The notes below the pieces were generated by a model. It searched no databases. It had not been told where the DNA came from and saw nothing but the letters and a program-made list of their open reading frames with translations. 64,000 nucleotides of DNA from a bacterium (GTDB lineage: Bacteria > Omnitrophota > Gorgyraeia > Zapsychrales > Zapsychraceae): contig JAUIER010000006.1 in the NCBI GenBank assembly GCA_030429765.1, forward strand, positions 23,925 to 87,924, in the 5' to 3' direction. Positions 19,238-28,161 of this stretch are shown piece by piece. Within the stretch, counting starts at the first letter, position 1; each line of letters opens with the position of its first letter. A program made the translations under genes and the position numbers.

Positions 19238-20521
19238 TTATACCTCCCGCAGATAGCCCCAGGTATGCAGCTTGTCGCTGTCCTCGTACCAGCGGTTGCC
19301 GATATCCGTCCGGTAATACATCCCGGGGATCATGATATTGGCCACCCGGCTGTACGCCTGCTGTTGGGCCTGCTTGAGCGTCGCCCCGGTGCCGCAAACC
19401 ACGAGCACCACCCCGGTGTCTCCCGCCACCAACCACTGATCATTGACCTGTTTGACATCAACAATATGAACGCCCTCCCGACCTGGGCGCTTGAAAAATA
19501 TCACCGCGTCTTTGGAACAGTTCTTAAACGTATTCGGATCGTTAAACGGATACGGCGGCACGACAATCCGCACGCCAATCTGAAATCCGCTCCGGATCCG
19601 GAATTTCGTCAGCGTTCCGGCGGCCAACCCGTGAAAAAATTCGCTGATCGGCATTTGAATCCCTTCCTGCTGGATATTAATCGTGGGATAACCGAAACGC
19701 GAGGTGAATTCCAATGGATAAATCCCGCTGGCATTGACGATACAGTTGATGTCAATGTAACCGACATAACCTTCTTCCCGAAGTTTGGGCTCAAGCTTTT
19801 TTAGGGTGGCGTTGAAGATGCGGTTTTCCCCGCTCCAATACATCGATGTGCCCATCTCGCCGGTGGACGGACCGATGTTTCCCGGAAATAATTTTTTGTG
19901 CTCAAAGTTGATATTGATCGGCATGGCAAATTGCTGACCATTAAAGAACGCCCCGACGGCAATCTCAACGCCCGTCACCCGTTTCTGCAGCTGAAAGATC
20001 TTGATCTGCCGCGACCAGGCGCGCTTGTAGCTTTCGAGCACCTGAATAACATCCTGCCCCGACTCTTCTTCACCGACAAACAGCAGCCGTTTAATGTTCT
20101 GGGCCTCCCCGCTGGGCTTGATAACGTAACGGCCTTTATGCGCCCGGACATAGTCAATGGCATCGTCAAACGAATTAAACTCCTGATACGGAATGATGTT
20201 GACCCCGTATTTTTTCAACTCTTCCTGACCGAATGTCCGGTCATCTTCCAGTTGATCGGTGTAGGGCGTGCCGCCGATCACCAACTTGCCCTTTTGACGC
20301 AGCTTCTGGGCGTGCTTCCCCATGCCGAGCACATCATCAAATACGATCACGTCGGCCCAATCCACATCGGCCCGCCAGTCCTCACTCTTGTCGACAAATC
20401 CGTCGGCGATATCCCGCGCGCCCGCGTTGCGGATGTAATACTTAACTTGATGGCCTTCTTTTTTGACCTGCCACGCGATGTCGTTGATCAACGCGTCAAT
20501 CGACACAAACAAAAATTTCAT
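19238..20521 (-). CDS. Divergent phosphoribosylamine-glycine ligase (PurD)-like ATP-grasp protein
   Basis: LEDDRTFG, VIKP, EHKKLFPGNIGPSTGEMG, LEFTSRFGYP, YYRTDIG; lacks the canonical GSGGREH N-terminus. Confidence 0.8.
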   Translation of the reverse strand: MKFLFVSIDALINDIAWQVKKEGHQVKYYIRNAGARDIADGFVDKSEDWRADVDWADVIVFDDVLGMGKHAQKLRQKGKLVIGGTPYTDQLEDDRTFGQEELKKYGVNIIPYQEFNSFDDAIDYVRAHKGRYVIKPSGEAQNIKRLLFVGEEESGQDVIQVLESYKRAWSRQIKIFQLQKRVTGVEIAVGAFFNGQQFAMPININFEHKKLFPGNIGPSTGEMGTSMYWSGENRIFNATLKKLEPKLREEGYVGYIDINCIVNASGIYPLEFTSRFGYPTINIQQEGIQMPISEFFHGLAAGTLTKFRIRSGFQIGVRIVVPPYPFNDPNTFKNCSKDAVIFFKRPGREGVHIVDVKQVNDQWLVAGDTGVVLVVCGTGATLKQAQQQAYSRVANIMIPGMYYRTDIGNRWYEDSDKLHTWGYLREV

Positions 20522-20626
20522 CTGGTTCTCCTGTTAATGATATGGGCCGCCGCTATTGTTGAAAAATACGGACATTGCCCTGAGTTTGAATCTTCCTATC
20601 GCGAAGGTCCCGCGCCTATGGACATT

Positions 20627-20645
20627 TAGGGCGCTGACCCCTATT
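20627..20645 (-). repeat. REP-like motif TAGGGCGCTGACCCCTATT
   Basis: Abuts the stop codon at 20646. Confidence 0.85.
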
Positions 20646-21227
20646 TTATTTCTTGAACATGCCGTAGCTCAGCTTTTTGCGCCGGCCGACGACCGGGGCC
20701 TCATTGATCGCCTTGACATCCTCGACGGTGTAAAAGGCGTTGGGGTTGCAATCTTTGATGATCTGTTTGACTTTTTTAAGCTGACTGCGGGGAATGATCG
20801 TGAACAAGATATCCACGTCTCCGGTGGCCCCTTTGGCGGGAACCCGTGTCAGCCGGAATCCTTGTCCTGTCAATACACCCGACAGCTCATCGGACTTTTT
20901 GCTGGTAATGATCCGGATCACGCAAAAACCCAGCGCCACACGTTCTTCCAGGACCAGCCCGACAAAATTTCCCGCCGAAAATCCGCCGGCAAAGGCAATG
21001 TAGCAGATCGGATTGGTCAGGTTGACGAAGATCTGCCGAACGGCCAACAGCCAGATCAATATCTCCACGAAGGCAATGGCCGACACCAGCAGTTTCCGGT
21101 TCTTGGAAAACAGGATGATCCGGAAGGTGCCCATCGACACATCGGCGATGCGCGCAACGAAAATCATCAGGGGCAGGTAAACGTAACCATACAGGTCAAA
21201 CTCCATATTTGGCTGTCCTTTCAACAT
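20646..21227 (-). CDS. DUF2179/UPF0316 (YebE-like) membrane protein
   Basis: ARIADVSMGTFR, AGGFSAGNFVG..LEERVALG, PNAFYTVEDV. Confidence 0.85.
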   Translation of the reverse strand: MLKGQPNMEFDLYGYVYLPLMIFVARIADVSMGTFRIILFSKNRKLLVSAIAFVEILIWLLAVRQIFVNLTNPICYIAFAGGFSAGNFVGLVLEERVALGFCVIRIITSKKSDELSGVLTGQGFRLTRVPAKGATGDVDILFTIIPRSQLKKVKQIIKDCNPNAFYTVEDVKAINEAPVVGRRKKLSYGMFKK

Positions 21228-21309
21228 GTTTAACGGATAAACATCAGATTATATTTCACATGATAAAAAGGAAGCAAAGATTTTAAAATATGAAAAGTTG
21301 TGTACACCT

Positions 21310-22956
21310 CTATGGTCGGATTATCCCTTCCTTAGGGCCTCGGGTTAGATTGTCTTTAGGGTGTTGTCCACTGTAATACTGCGCTATCTCCGGCTGACGC
21401 TTGAAAAATTCTTCCGCTTGGTCCGGATATTGTCGACTAAGCGCGCGGTACATCTTAATCGCTTCATCTTTTTTGCCCATCCGCCAATACGTCCAGGCCA
21501 ACCGCGTCCGCGCGGCGAGTGAATCCGGTTTGATCGCGAGCGCCTTTTTCAGAAACTGCTCGGCATGACCATAATAATCACTGACAAACCGCGCCGAATA
21601 CACATAAATAAAAAACTGATGGTCGTCAGTGATCTCAATCTGTTGGGCCAGTTCGTCAAAACTCTTCAATCGATCCCAATGCCAGCGCTCTTTGGGGACA
21701 AACAGCTCCTGTTCATAGATCAGCTGGATCAGCTGCAACGCCATCAATGCCTGTCCGCGCACCGTTGGGTGAATTTGATCGAAGACCAGCTCACCATCAA
21801 CGAGTCCATTCGTCGATTGTTCACGAAACGACCGATCGCTGTCCAGCACGAACACACCTTCTCGTGCAGCCGCGGCCAGCTGTTGATAAAAGGTATTGAT
21901 CACCGACGGGGCCCGAATCGGATAATAGTTAAGATCATTAGCTTGTTCATAGTAATTGTACGCCACATCATATTGCCGATCCATCTCGGCCAATTGCCCT
22001 AGTCGAAAGTGAATGAGCGCGTAATGATCATCAATCTTCAACGCTTGTTCATACATCGACCGGGCCCGGACATAATCCTCGCGAGCAAAAAGATCTTCGG
22101 CCGCTTTAAAAATTCGTTGCCATTCACTCAATTGATCGGCGGATAAATCCGGACTGTTTCGCGATTCAAACGGCGCGTAGTCCTTCATCCGGGAGACAGC
22201 ATTGAAAAATACGACGGGGATTTTTCTACTCTGACCCTTGCGAAGAATCCGTTCGATATTTTGCTGCCATTGCGTTTCGACTTGTCGAAACAGATCGCTG
22301 TGCGGTGTTAACAAATCCTTACTTGCCGTGTAATGAATATTGCCCTTGGGCTCGTCGTACCACTCTTCCTTGATGGTGCGTCCGTCCGGCGGTGGCTGAC
22401 GTTTGCGTCGCCGCTCCAGCTTGACCTTCAGAGCTGCGCGCTTCACACCGCTGAAAAAGGCAAAGCGCTTGCAGAAATTCTTGAAACCGTCCTCCACGCG
22501 TTCACCGAACGGCGCTGATTGAACAAGACCCTCGCGCACACCGCGGATAATATAGTCATTGTGCGCCGAATAAAACGCCGCCACATCCGGTTTGAATCCC
22601 ACCATATCCACAAAACCCTCGGCAATAAAATCACTGGCCGCGCCTAGACGGGCAAAATTGATCACGCGAACACGTTCGGCGTCCTCGGGCTCGAGCACGT
22701 TCTCCAGATACATATCGATCCATTTTTGAATGGTGGATTGCGGATGCAGATGCGAACCATGCATCGTCGATTCGCCGAAAAGAAAGATCCGGAACTCGTC
22801 GCGCGGTTTGCGCGGCGTCAAACCCTGATTGATCCCGCAGCGCTCGATGTACTCGTACGACCCGGGCACAGAGAAAATCCGGCTCACCCCTTCGACCAGA
22901 CCGAAGCCAATGGCGAAGATGATGCAGTAGAAAATTAAATGTTTGAGTTTGGGCAT
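21310..22956 (-). CDS. Membrane-anchored SGNH/GDSL-like hydrolase with TPR repeats
   Basis: FGESTMHG, HND, DQIHP motifs plus TPR helices. Confidence 0.75.
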   Translation of the reverse strand: MPKLKHLIFYCIIFAIGFGLVEGVSRIFSVPGSYEYIERCGINQGLTPRKPRDEFRIFLFGESTMHGSHLHPQSTIQKWIDMYLENVLEPEDAERVRVINFARLGAASDFIAEGFVDMVGFKPDVAAFYSAHNDYIIRGVREGLVQSAPFGERVEDGFKNFCKRFAFFSGVKRAALKVKLERRRKRQPPPDGRTIKEEWYDEPKGNIHYTASKDLLTPHSDLFRQVETQWQQNIERILRKGQSRKIPVVFFNAVSRMKDYAPFESRNSPDLSADQLSEWQRIFKAAEDLFAREDYVRARSMYEQALKIDDHYALIHFRLGQLAEMDRQYDVAYNYYEQANDLNYYPIRAPSVINTFYQQLAAAAREGVFVLDSDRSFREQSTNGLVDGELVFDQIHPTVRGQALMALQLIQLIYEQELFVPKERWHWDRLKSFDELAQQIEITDDHQFFIYVYSARFVSDYYGHAEQFLKKALAIKPDSLAARTRLAWTYWRMGKKDEAIKMYRALSRQYPDQAEEFFKRQPEIAQYYSGQHPKDNLTRGPKEGIIRP

Positions 22957-23089
22957 TAAGAACCCTAAATAGATTTTCTATAAATTACGATTTCTTCTAC
23001 CGACAAATATGTTGTTACGAAGTGTGACCTATATTTTAGCTTTTAAGTTATTGTCGCCTCATATACTACCGCACATATCTCATAGACCA

Positions 23090-24175
23090 TTAGGAACGTA
23101 ACCATAAATTCATACCTTCATTGACAAATTTGCTAAATCCCCCATCATAAATCGAGTCATTTGGATCGATCTTGATTACCTGAGTGATAGGGATCCCCGA
23201 ATTTAAAAGATATTGAAATGACCTGCGACCCGAGTCAAAATCCCCATTGACAATTTTTAGATCATTGATCAGATTAAGATTCGCTTTTATGAAATTTAAT
23301 ATATCTTGATCCAACGCATTGAATCCAATCATTAAAACCTTATGAATATCTTTTATAGCGCTCGAAAGCTGTGCCCTATGATCCTCAAATACAAATTTAT
23401 CATAGTGACCAGTAGGGGCTGTTATGGCAGGATACCGAGATACTTCGTGTATCTTACGATGGTTAGCTTCAAAATCCAGAAAGACGTCCTCACCTATTGC
23501 ATCAGCTATATTTGTCGAAATTTCTTGTTCCTTGATATGAGACACCTGTAATTGAGTATCCTTGATTTGCCGAACCCAGTTGATCGATCCATGGGGCTTA
23601 GTATATTTTATGCTCATACCGTCAATCGTTTTCCGATTTAAATAATCGCTCATGTTTTTAAAATTTAATCCACCAGTAACTCCAACTATGGCTCGATCTC
23701 CAAACAAATCATAGTTTAAATTGAGCCATACCAACTGAGTGTAGTTATTTTCGATCAGAGCATCCAAAAGCAAACTATAATTAGTTGCGATGCCTTTTTT
23801 ACTGCCCAAATACTTATCACTTATTTCCTTAAAAAGCTCTCGCAAATACAGCGGTACACTCCAGAATTGATTCGCAATGGTAAGTTTTTGACTACATTTG
23901 ATAGAATTCAGACGTTTTTCTAGACCAATTTCGGACTGATCCGTCATGCCCAATTTGTATCCAACTTTTGCTGCTACTGTATGTTTAGCAAGAATGCTCT
24001 GTATAACTTCTCCTTCCCCATTCGGTACTCCAGTGATTGTAATCGGCGGCTGAAACAAATTTGTTGTCAGTGGAGGTTGGTACCGATTGTCAATTGGCAA
24101 ACCTGTCCTAGCTACATCTATACAATCAAATGAAGCACCCGCGCCTGTAATTAGTAGGATCTTTTTTTCTGTCAT
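23090..24175 (-). CDS. SIR2-like (SIR2_2) domain protein
   Basis: ITGAGAS, LNYD, KPHGSINW, IGFN..D motifs; AT-rich. Confidence 0.75.
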   Translation of the reverse strand: MTEKKILLITGAGASFDCIDVARTGLPIDNRYQPPLTTNLFQPPITITGVPNGEGEVIQSILAKHTVAAKVGYKLGMTDQSEIGLEKRLNSIKCSQKLTIANQFWSVPLYLRELFKEISDKYLGSKKGIATNYSLLLDALIENNYTQLVWLNLNYDLFGDRAIVGVTGGLNFKNMSDYLNRKTIDGMSIKYTKPHGSINWVRQIKDTQLQVSHIKEQEISTNIADAIGEDVFLDFEANHRKIHEVSRYPAITAPTGHYDKFVFEDHRAQLSSAIKDIHKVLMIGFNALDQDILNFIKANLNLINDLKIVNGDFDSGRRSFQYLLNSGIPITQVIKIDPNDSIYDGGFSKFVNEGMNLWLRS

Positions 24176-24286
24176 TCTTCTGGTACCTAGCTATCCATAC
24201 TGGCTGTGGTCAAACTTACTTTTCCAGTAATTGCAAAATCTTAATCGAATACAGTATATTTCGGCCACATTATACCACCATCCCAC

Positions 24287-24320
24287 AAAAAAAGGACCCA
24301 CAATGCTGTGAGTCCTTTTT
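24287..24320. terminator. Bidirectional terminator-like hairpin, repeat copy 1
   Basis: AAAAAAAGGACCCACAatgcTGTGAGTCCTTTTT. Confidence 0.75.
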
Positions 24321-24338
24321 GATGGAACATTGATATTT

Positions 24339-24722
24339 CTAAGACGGAGAAACCATACAAAAGGCGTTGAGTTTATTGCCGTCCGGATCGCGGAAATAGG
24401 CCGCGTAAAACGCGCCGTCTCCCCGCGGTCCGGGAGCGCCCTCATCCGCGGCCCCCAAACTTATCGCCTTGGCATACAGCGAATCCACCGCTGCGGGGCC
24501 GTCCACCGCCAACGCCACCATCACCCCGTTCCCGACCGTCGCGGGATTGCCATCAAATGGCTTGATGACCGACACCGAAGGACTGTGCATGTCCTTGCCC
24601 CAGGCCACGAACGTATCATTCTCCAAGATCCGGCCAATCCCCAGCTCCGCTTTAAATAACTCATCATAAAACCTGGCAGCCCGCGGAAGATCGTTGGTTC
24701 CCAATGTGACATACGCTATCAT
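24339..24722 (-). CDS. VOC/glyoxalase family protein
   Basis: MIAYVTLGTND...FY, GNGVMVAL, DEGAPG.R, YAAYFRDPDGNKL. Confidence 0.92.
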   Translation of the reverse strand: MIAYVTLGTNDLPRAARFYDELFKAELGIGRILENDTFVAWGKDMHSPSVSVIKPFDGNPATVGNGVMVALAVDGPAAVDSLYAKAISLGAADEGAPGPRGDGAFYAAYFRDPDGNKLNAFCMVSPS

Positions 24723-24775
24723 GTGTAACTCCTTTTTTCTGTGTGTTGAACTTTCTCTCAGTATACAACCCCCTG

Positions 24776-24806
24776 CTGACAGCATTATGTCAGGAGTGTG
24801 TCAGGA
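24776..24806. promoter_or_regulatory. Probable operator of the WYL regulator
   Basis: CTGACA-N6-TGTCAG palindrome and TGTCAGGA direct repeat between divergent genes. Confidence 0.55.
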
Positions 24807-24846
24807 TAACGTTGATTTTACCAACACGCCCCCCTACAATAGATGG

Positions 24847-25533
24847 ATGCGACGCGCCGATAGACTATTCAAGATTGTCAATTTTATCAAAAGCCGCCGG
24901 AGGGCGGTGACCGCGCAACGGATCGCCAACGAATTCGAGATCTGCGAGCGCACCGTCTATCGTGATATCCGCGATTTAATGGACAGCGGCGTGCCGATCT
25001 ATGGCGAGGCCGGGGTGGGATATATTATGGACCATTCCTACAACCTGCCAGCGCTGAATTTCGACATCGAAGAGATCGAGGCGCTCGTGCTGGGACTGTC
25101 CATGGTCCAGTCCTGGACCGACAATGACTTTTCCAAGTCCGCCCGCCGGGCCATGGAAAAGATCAAGATCGCGTTGCCGCCGTCGCTCAAAGATTCGCTT
25201 GAGGAAACGGCCCTGCTGTCTCCGCCTTCCCACGTCCGTGAACCCATTACGGTGAATTTTTCGGATATTCGGCGCTGCATCCGCCGACGGCAAAAGATCA
25301 CCTTCATGTATGCCGACGAGCAACAGCGTCAAACCCAACGTACCGTTCGACCGCTGGGCCTGGCCTTTTTTGGTCCGACATGGTTGCTAATTAGCTGGTG
25401 TGAACTACGCAAAGACTTTCGGAATTTCCGGCTTGATCGGATGATCGAATGTCAGGCGGCGGATATCGCCTTCGACGATGAAGCGGGCAAGACTTTGGAC
25501 GATTATCTGAAGACAATGGCGTGCACCAAGTGA
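24847..25533 (+). CDS. YafY-family HTH_11-WYL transcriptional regulator
   Basis: MRRADRLF, RTVYRDI..L...GVPI.GEAGVGY, WCELRKDFRNFRLDR. Confidence 0.93.
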   Translation: MRRADRLFKIVNFIKSRRRAVTAQRIANEFEICERTVYRDIRDLMDSGVPIYGEAGVGYIMDHSYNLPALNFDIEEIEALVLGLSMVQSWTDNDFSKSARRAMEKIKIALPPSLKDSLEETALLSPPSHVREPITVNFSDIRRCIRRRQKITFMYADEQQRQTQRTVRPLGLAFFGPTWLLISWCELRKDFRNFRLDRMIECQAADIAFDDEAGKTLDDYLKTMACTK

Positions 25534-25700
25534 GATCTTTATATTTAACTTCAGCCGAAAATGGATCCCCCACACAGAAAATTCCAGCTCAGGCTGAATT
25601 TCCCACCTGTGTGTCGGAAATTTGACAGACCATCCCCGGACGGGTAAGATGAAGTCAGGATATTCAACCACAGACAACACCACAGCTTACGGAGAGACCT

Positions 25701-26189
25701 ATGAGACGACGACACCTTTTGATGGCCCTGATCACGTCCGGCCTGCTGGCCCTCGGCAACAGCCACGCCGCGGCCGCCCAGCTCAGCGACGCTGAGCTCA
25801 AAGAATTCAACAACATCCATGTCAGCATCGCCCGGCTGATCGCCCATCCGCAGCGCTACCACGGCAAACAGGTGGCGGTGATCGGCTATGTGCGGATCGC
25901 GGACGGCACCCCGGTTATCTATCTGTCCAAGGACGACGGTCAGTTCAGCATCCCCAAAAACGGATTACGCATCCAGACCAACGGCGCCAAGCTTAAATCT
26001 AAATTTGAAAAGCAGTACTGTCTGCTGGTTGGCGAGTTTCGGGCGGACACGTATGACAAAAACAATATCTACAGCGGCACGATCGGAAAACTTTCACAAC
26101 TGACCATCTGGCAAAGCGACAGCGACGATTCCAATCAGTTCAAGAAGAATCAATTGAGAAACGTGATTTTTTCAAGGTCGCGGTATTAG
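25701..26189 (+). CDS. Secreted hypothetical protein (OB-fold-like)
   Basis: GGAGA RBS, signal peptide, LIAHPQRYHGKQVAVIG. Confidence 0.65.
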   Translation: MRRRHLLMALITSGLLALGNSHAAAAQLSDAELKEFNNIHVSIARLIAHPQRYHGKQVAVIGYVRIADGTPVIYLSKDDGQFSIPKNGLRIQTNGAKLKSKFEKQYCLLVGEFRADTYDKNNIYSGTIGKLSQLTIWQSDSDDSNQFKKNQLRNVIFSRSRY

Positions 26190-26222
26190 ACCTTACGATA
26201 AAAATTCAGTTTTCCCCGCGAT

Positions 26223-26642
26223 TTATTTTTTCCAAAATTGCCACCATTTCCCGAATGAAGTTGACGCGCTGGCCCCTGATGGACGCTTACCCGAATGCTC
26301 GACGCCGACCGGCAGGGTCATCATGGCCGCCATACCGCTGGGTCCGGCTGGCAACACAATCATCGCTCCGCCTCCGAGATCTTCCGATATCGTGAACGCC
26401 TTCACCATACCCCCTTTCAAGAAAGCGAAAAATTTAGAGTCTACCTGGATTTTATCGGCATGAGCATTAATCTCGGCGTGCAACGCCGATATCGACTTTG
26501 CATCCAGCGGACCGGAATACTCTGAAGCAGATTTGTCTAACTGAACCTCCTCCATCCACAGGGCCTCGACCCGTCGATTCTTTCCGACATACCAGCCAAA
26601 ACTCCCCTGTTTGCGTAACTCCCACGTATCGTCGTTCATCAT
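26223..26642 (-). CDS. Hypothetical protein with KWWQFWK C-terminal tail
   Basis: AAGGAG RBS; aromatic amphipathic tail. Confidence 0.6.
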   Translation of the reverse strand: MMNDDTWELRKQGSFGWYVGKNRRVEALWMEEVQLDKSASEYSGPLDAKSISALHAEINAHADKIQVDSKFFAFLKGGMVKAFTISEDLGGGAMIVLPAGPSGMAAMMTLPVGVEHSGKRPSGASASTSFGKWWQFWKK

Positions 26643-26669
26643 ATCGTTCTCCTTACTTTATGACAATTA

Positions 26670-26681
26670 GGGACAGCGCCC
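26670..26681 (+). repeat. REP-like motif GGGACAGCGCCC
   Basis: Direct read. Confidence 0.75.
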
Positions 26682-26720
26682 ACATTTCGCATCGCGAGAT
26701 CATTATATCATTTACCGCAC

Positions 26721-26750
26721 AAAAAAGGACCCACATGGCTGTGAGTCCTT
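26721..26750 (-). terminator. Terminator-like hairpin, repeat copy 2
   Basis: AAAAAAGGACCCACAtggcTGTGAGTCCTT. Confidence 0.75.
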
Positions 26751-26806
26751 GTCTTAAAATGGTCCAAGATTTTTACGTCTACCATCCATAAACTGAAAAG
26801 CCGACT

Positions 26807-27022
26807 CTAGCGTGACACCCACTCGAGCCGTCGATGCGATACGGCGCAATCCCGTAAATAGATGTTAATCAAATTCTGGTAGGGAATCCCGACCTCCTCC
26901 GCCATCGTTTTGAAATAGTCTATCACGTCTTCTCCTAGACGGATGGTCACCGGCCGCTTTAACTTGCCGGCATAGGGATTTTTGCGACGCTTCATTTTGG
27001 AAAAGTCATATTCTTTTTTCAT
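26807..27022 (-). CDS. brnA: BrnA-family antitoxin
   Basis: MKKEYDFS...NPY...VTIRL...YFK...GIPYQNLIN; ATGA overlap with brnT. Confidence 0.9.
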   Translation of the reverse strand: MKKEYDFSKMKRRKNPYAGKLKRPVTIRLGEDVIDYFKTMAEEVGIPYQNLINIYLRDCAVSHRRLEWVSR

Positions 27023-27312
27023 ATTTGATCCTCCGAGTAAAATCGGCTTTCCTGTCGTGTGGCCTTTCGAGCCGAAATGATACGTATAACGGATCCCTTT
27101 TGCCGCTCGCAATGACAAACCACGAGAAGTCTTAATTTGAAACTCATTCCCAACATAATAAATCGTTCTTCCGCCTCTGAATTTTCCTCGTCAAAAAATT
27201 GAAGGGCATTTTCATCATAAAATACGGTCTTAGCCTCTTCAAATGCCACACCATGCTTTCTGAGGTTGCTTTTAGCCTTTAAAATGTCCCACTCAAATCT
27301 TATTTCATTCAT
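27019..27312 (-). CDS. brnT: BrnT-family toxin
   Basis: FEWD..K..SN.RKHGV.FEEA, EERF, IRIISARKAT. Confidence 0.93.
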   Translation of the reverse strand: MNEIRFEWDILKAKSNLRKHGVAFEEAKTVFYDENALQFFDEENSEAEERFIMLGMSFKLRLLVVCHCERQKGSVIRIISARKATRQESRFYSEDQI

Positions 27313-27376
27313 ATGTACAATGTAAATATAACATAATTATAGCTTAAAATCAATCCATACAGCCCCTTAAAACAAT

Positions 27377-27409
27377 AAAAAAGGACCCACATGACTGTGA
27401 GTCCTTTTT
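27377..27409. terminator. Bidirectional terminator-like hairpin, repeat copy 3
   Basis: AAAAAAGGACCCACAtgacTGTGAGTCCTTTTT. Confidence 0.75.
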
Positions 27410-27427
27410 AAAATTGACATCCGTCTG

Positions 27428-27892
27428 CTATTTCCGCAGAGCCTGAATTTCCGCGATGAATTCAGCCAGGGGCATCCGGGTTTTATCCATGACCACATGA
27501 TCATCGACAATCGCGAACGACTTGGCCCCGCATCCCAACGCGACCGACGAATAATGCGCCTTGGTCCTGGCCAGGTTGGTCTCCGTCAGAAAGACAATAT
27601 GGGGATCGCGATTGGGGAGCTCAATACCGTACGCGCACATCCCGTCCCAACTATTCACCCGCACCACCTCGGAGATCGCCTCACCCGCTAACTCCTCATC
27701 GACCTTGAGATCAATCCAGTCCGGCCCGCCTTTGGGTTTGGTCGGTCCGGCAAAAAATTGACGCCCGATCACAATCACATCGGCCTCCCGCGCCGTCTGC
27801 CGCCAATCCAATTCTGCGGCACATGGCTGACAAGCCAACGCCCAATCTGGAATCGCTAGTAATAGCATTAAGGAAAGAACCGTAGTCTTCAT
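27428..27892 (-). CDS. Secreted Cys-containing protein (TIMP/NTR-like)
   Basis: Signal peptide then ACQPC, ADVIVIG, GMCAYG, LGCG. Confidence 0.55.
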   Translation of the reverse strand: MKTTVLSLMLLLAIPDWALACQPCAAELDWRQTAREADVIVIGRQFFAGPTKPKGGPDWIDLKVDEELAGEAISEVVRVNSWDGMCAYGIELPNRDPHIVFLTETNLARTKAHYSSVALGCGAKSFAIVDDHVVMDKTRMPLAEFIAEIQALRK

Positions 27893-28161
27893 AAAATACC
27901 CTCTGTTGATCCTGGTTGATGAACACGCTTGTTTATGAGGACATATTGTACCGGGAAAACCGCGTCAGGGCTAGTGGGAAGGTGGGGAAAATAGTGTTAA
28001 GGTCCATTCATTATAAATAAAAAAGGGTTCACAACGAATGGCCACATAACCACCTTAATGTGCCTGTGAACTGTATTTTGATCCTACGCCAACTCCGATT
28101 AAGTAATATGCCATTTTTTCCTAATGATATACTTTTGTACAATCGACAACCGAAGCATTGG

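Noticed and set aside
27325-27355. dif/pdif-like Xer site upstream of brnT
   Set aside because: Only a XerD-like arm (TTATGTTATAT); no XerC arm. Better explained as a TATAAT promoter.
4800-27409. CRISPR array formed by the recurring short repeats
   Set aside because: Copies are hundreds to thousands of bases apart, in mixed orientation, with no cas genes.
2807-28100. Integron cassette array
   Set aside because: No intI, no RYYYAAC...GTTRRRY attC structures seen after stop codons, and many spacers are too short to hold an attC.
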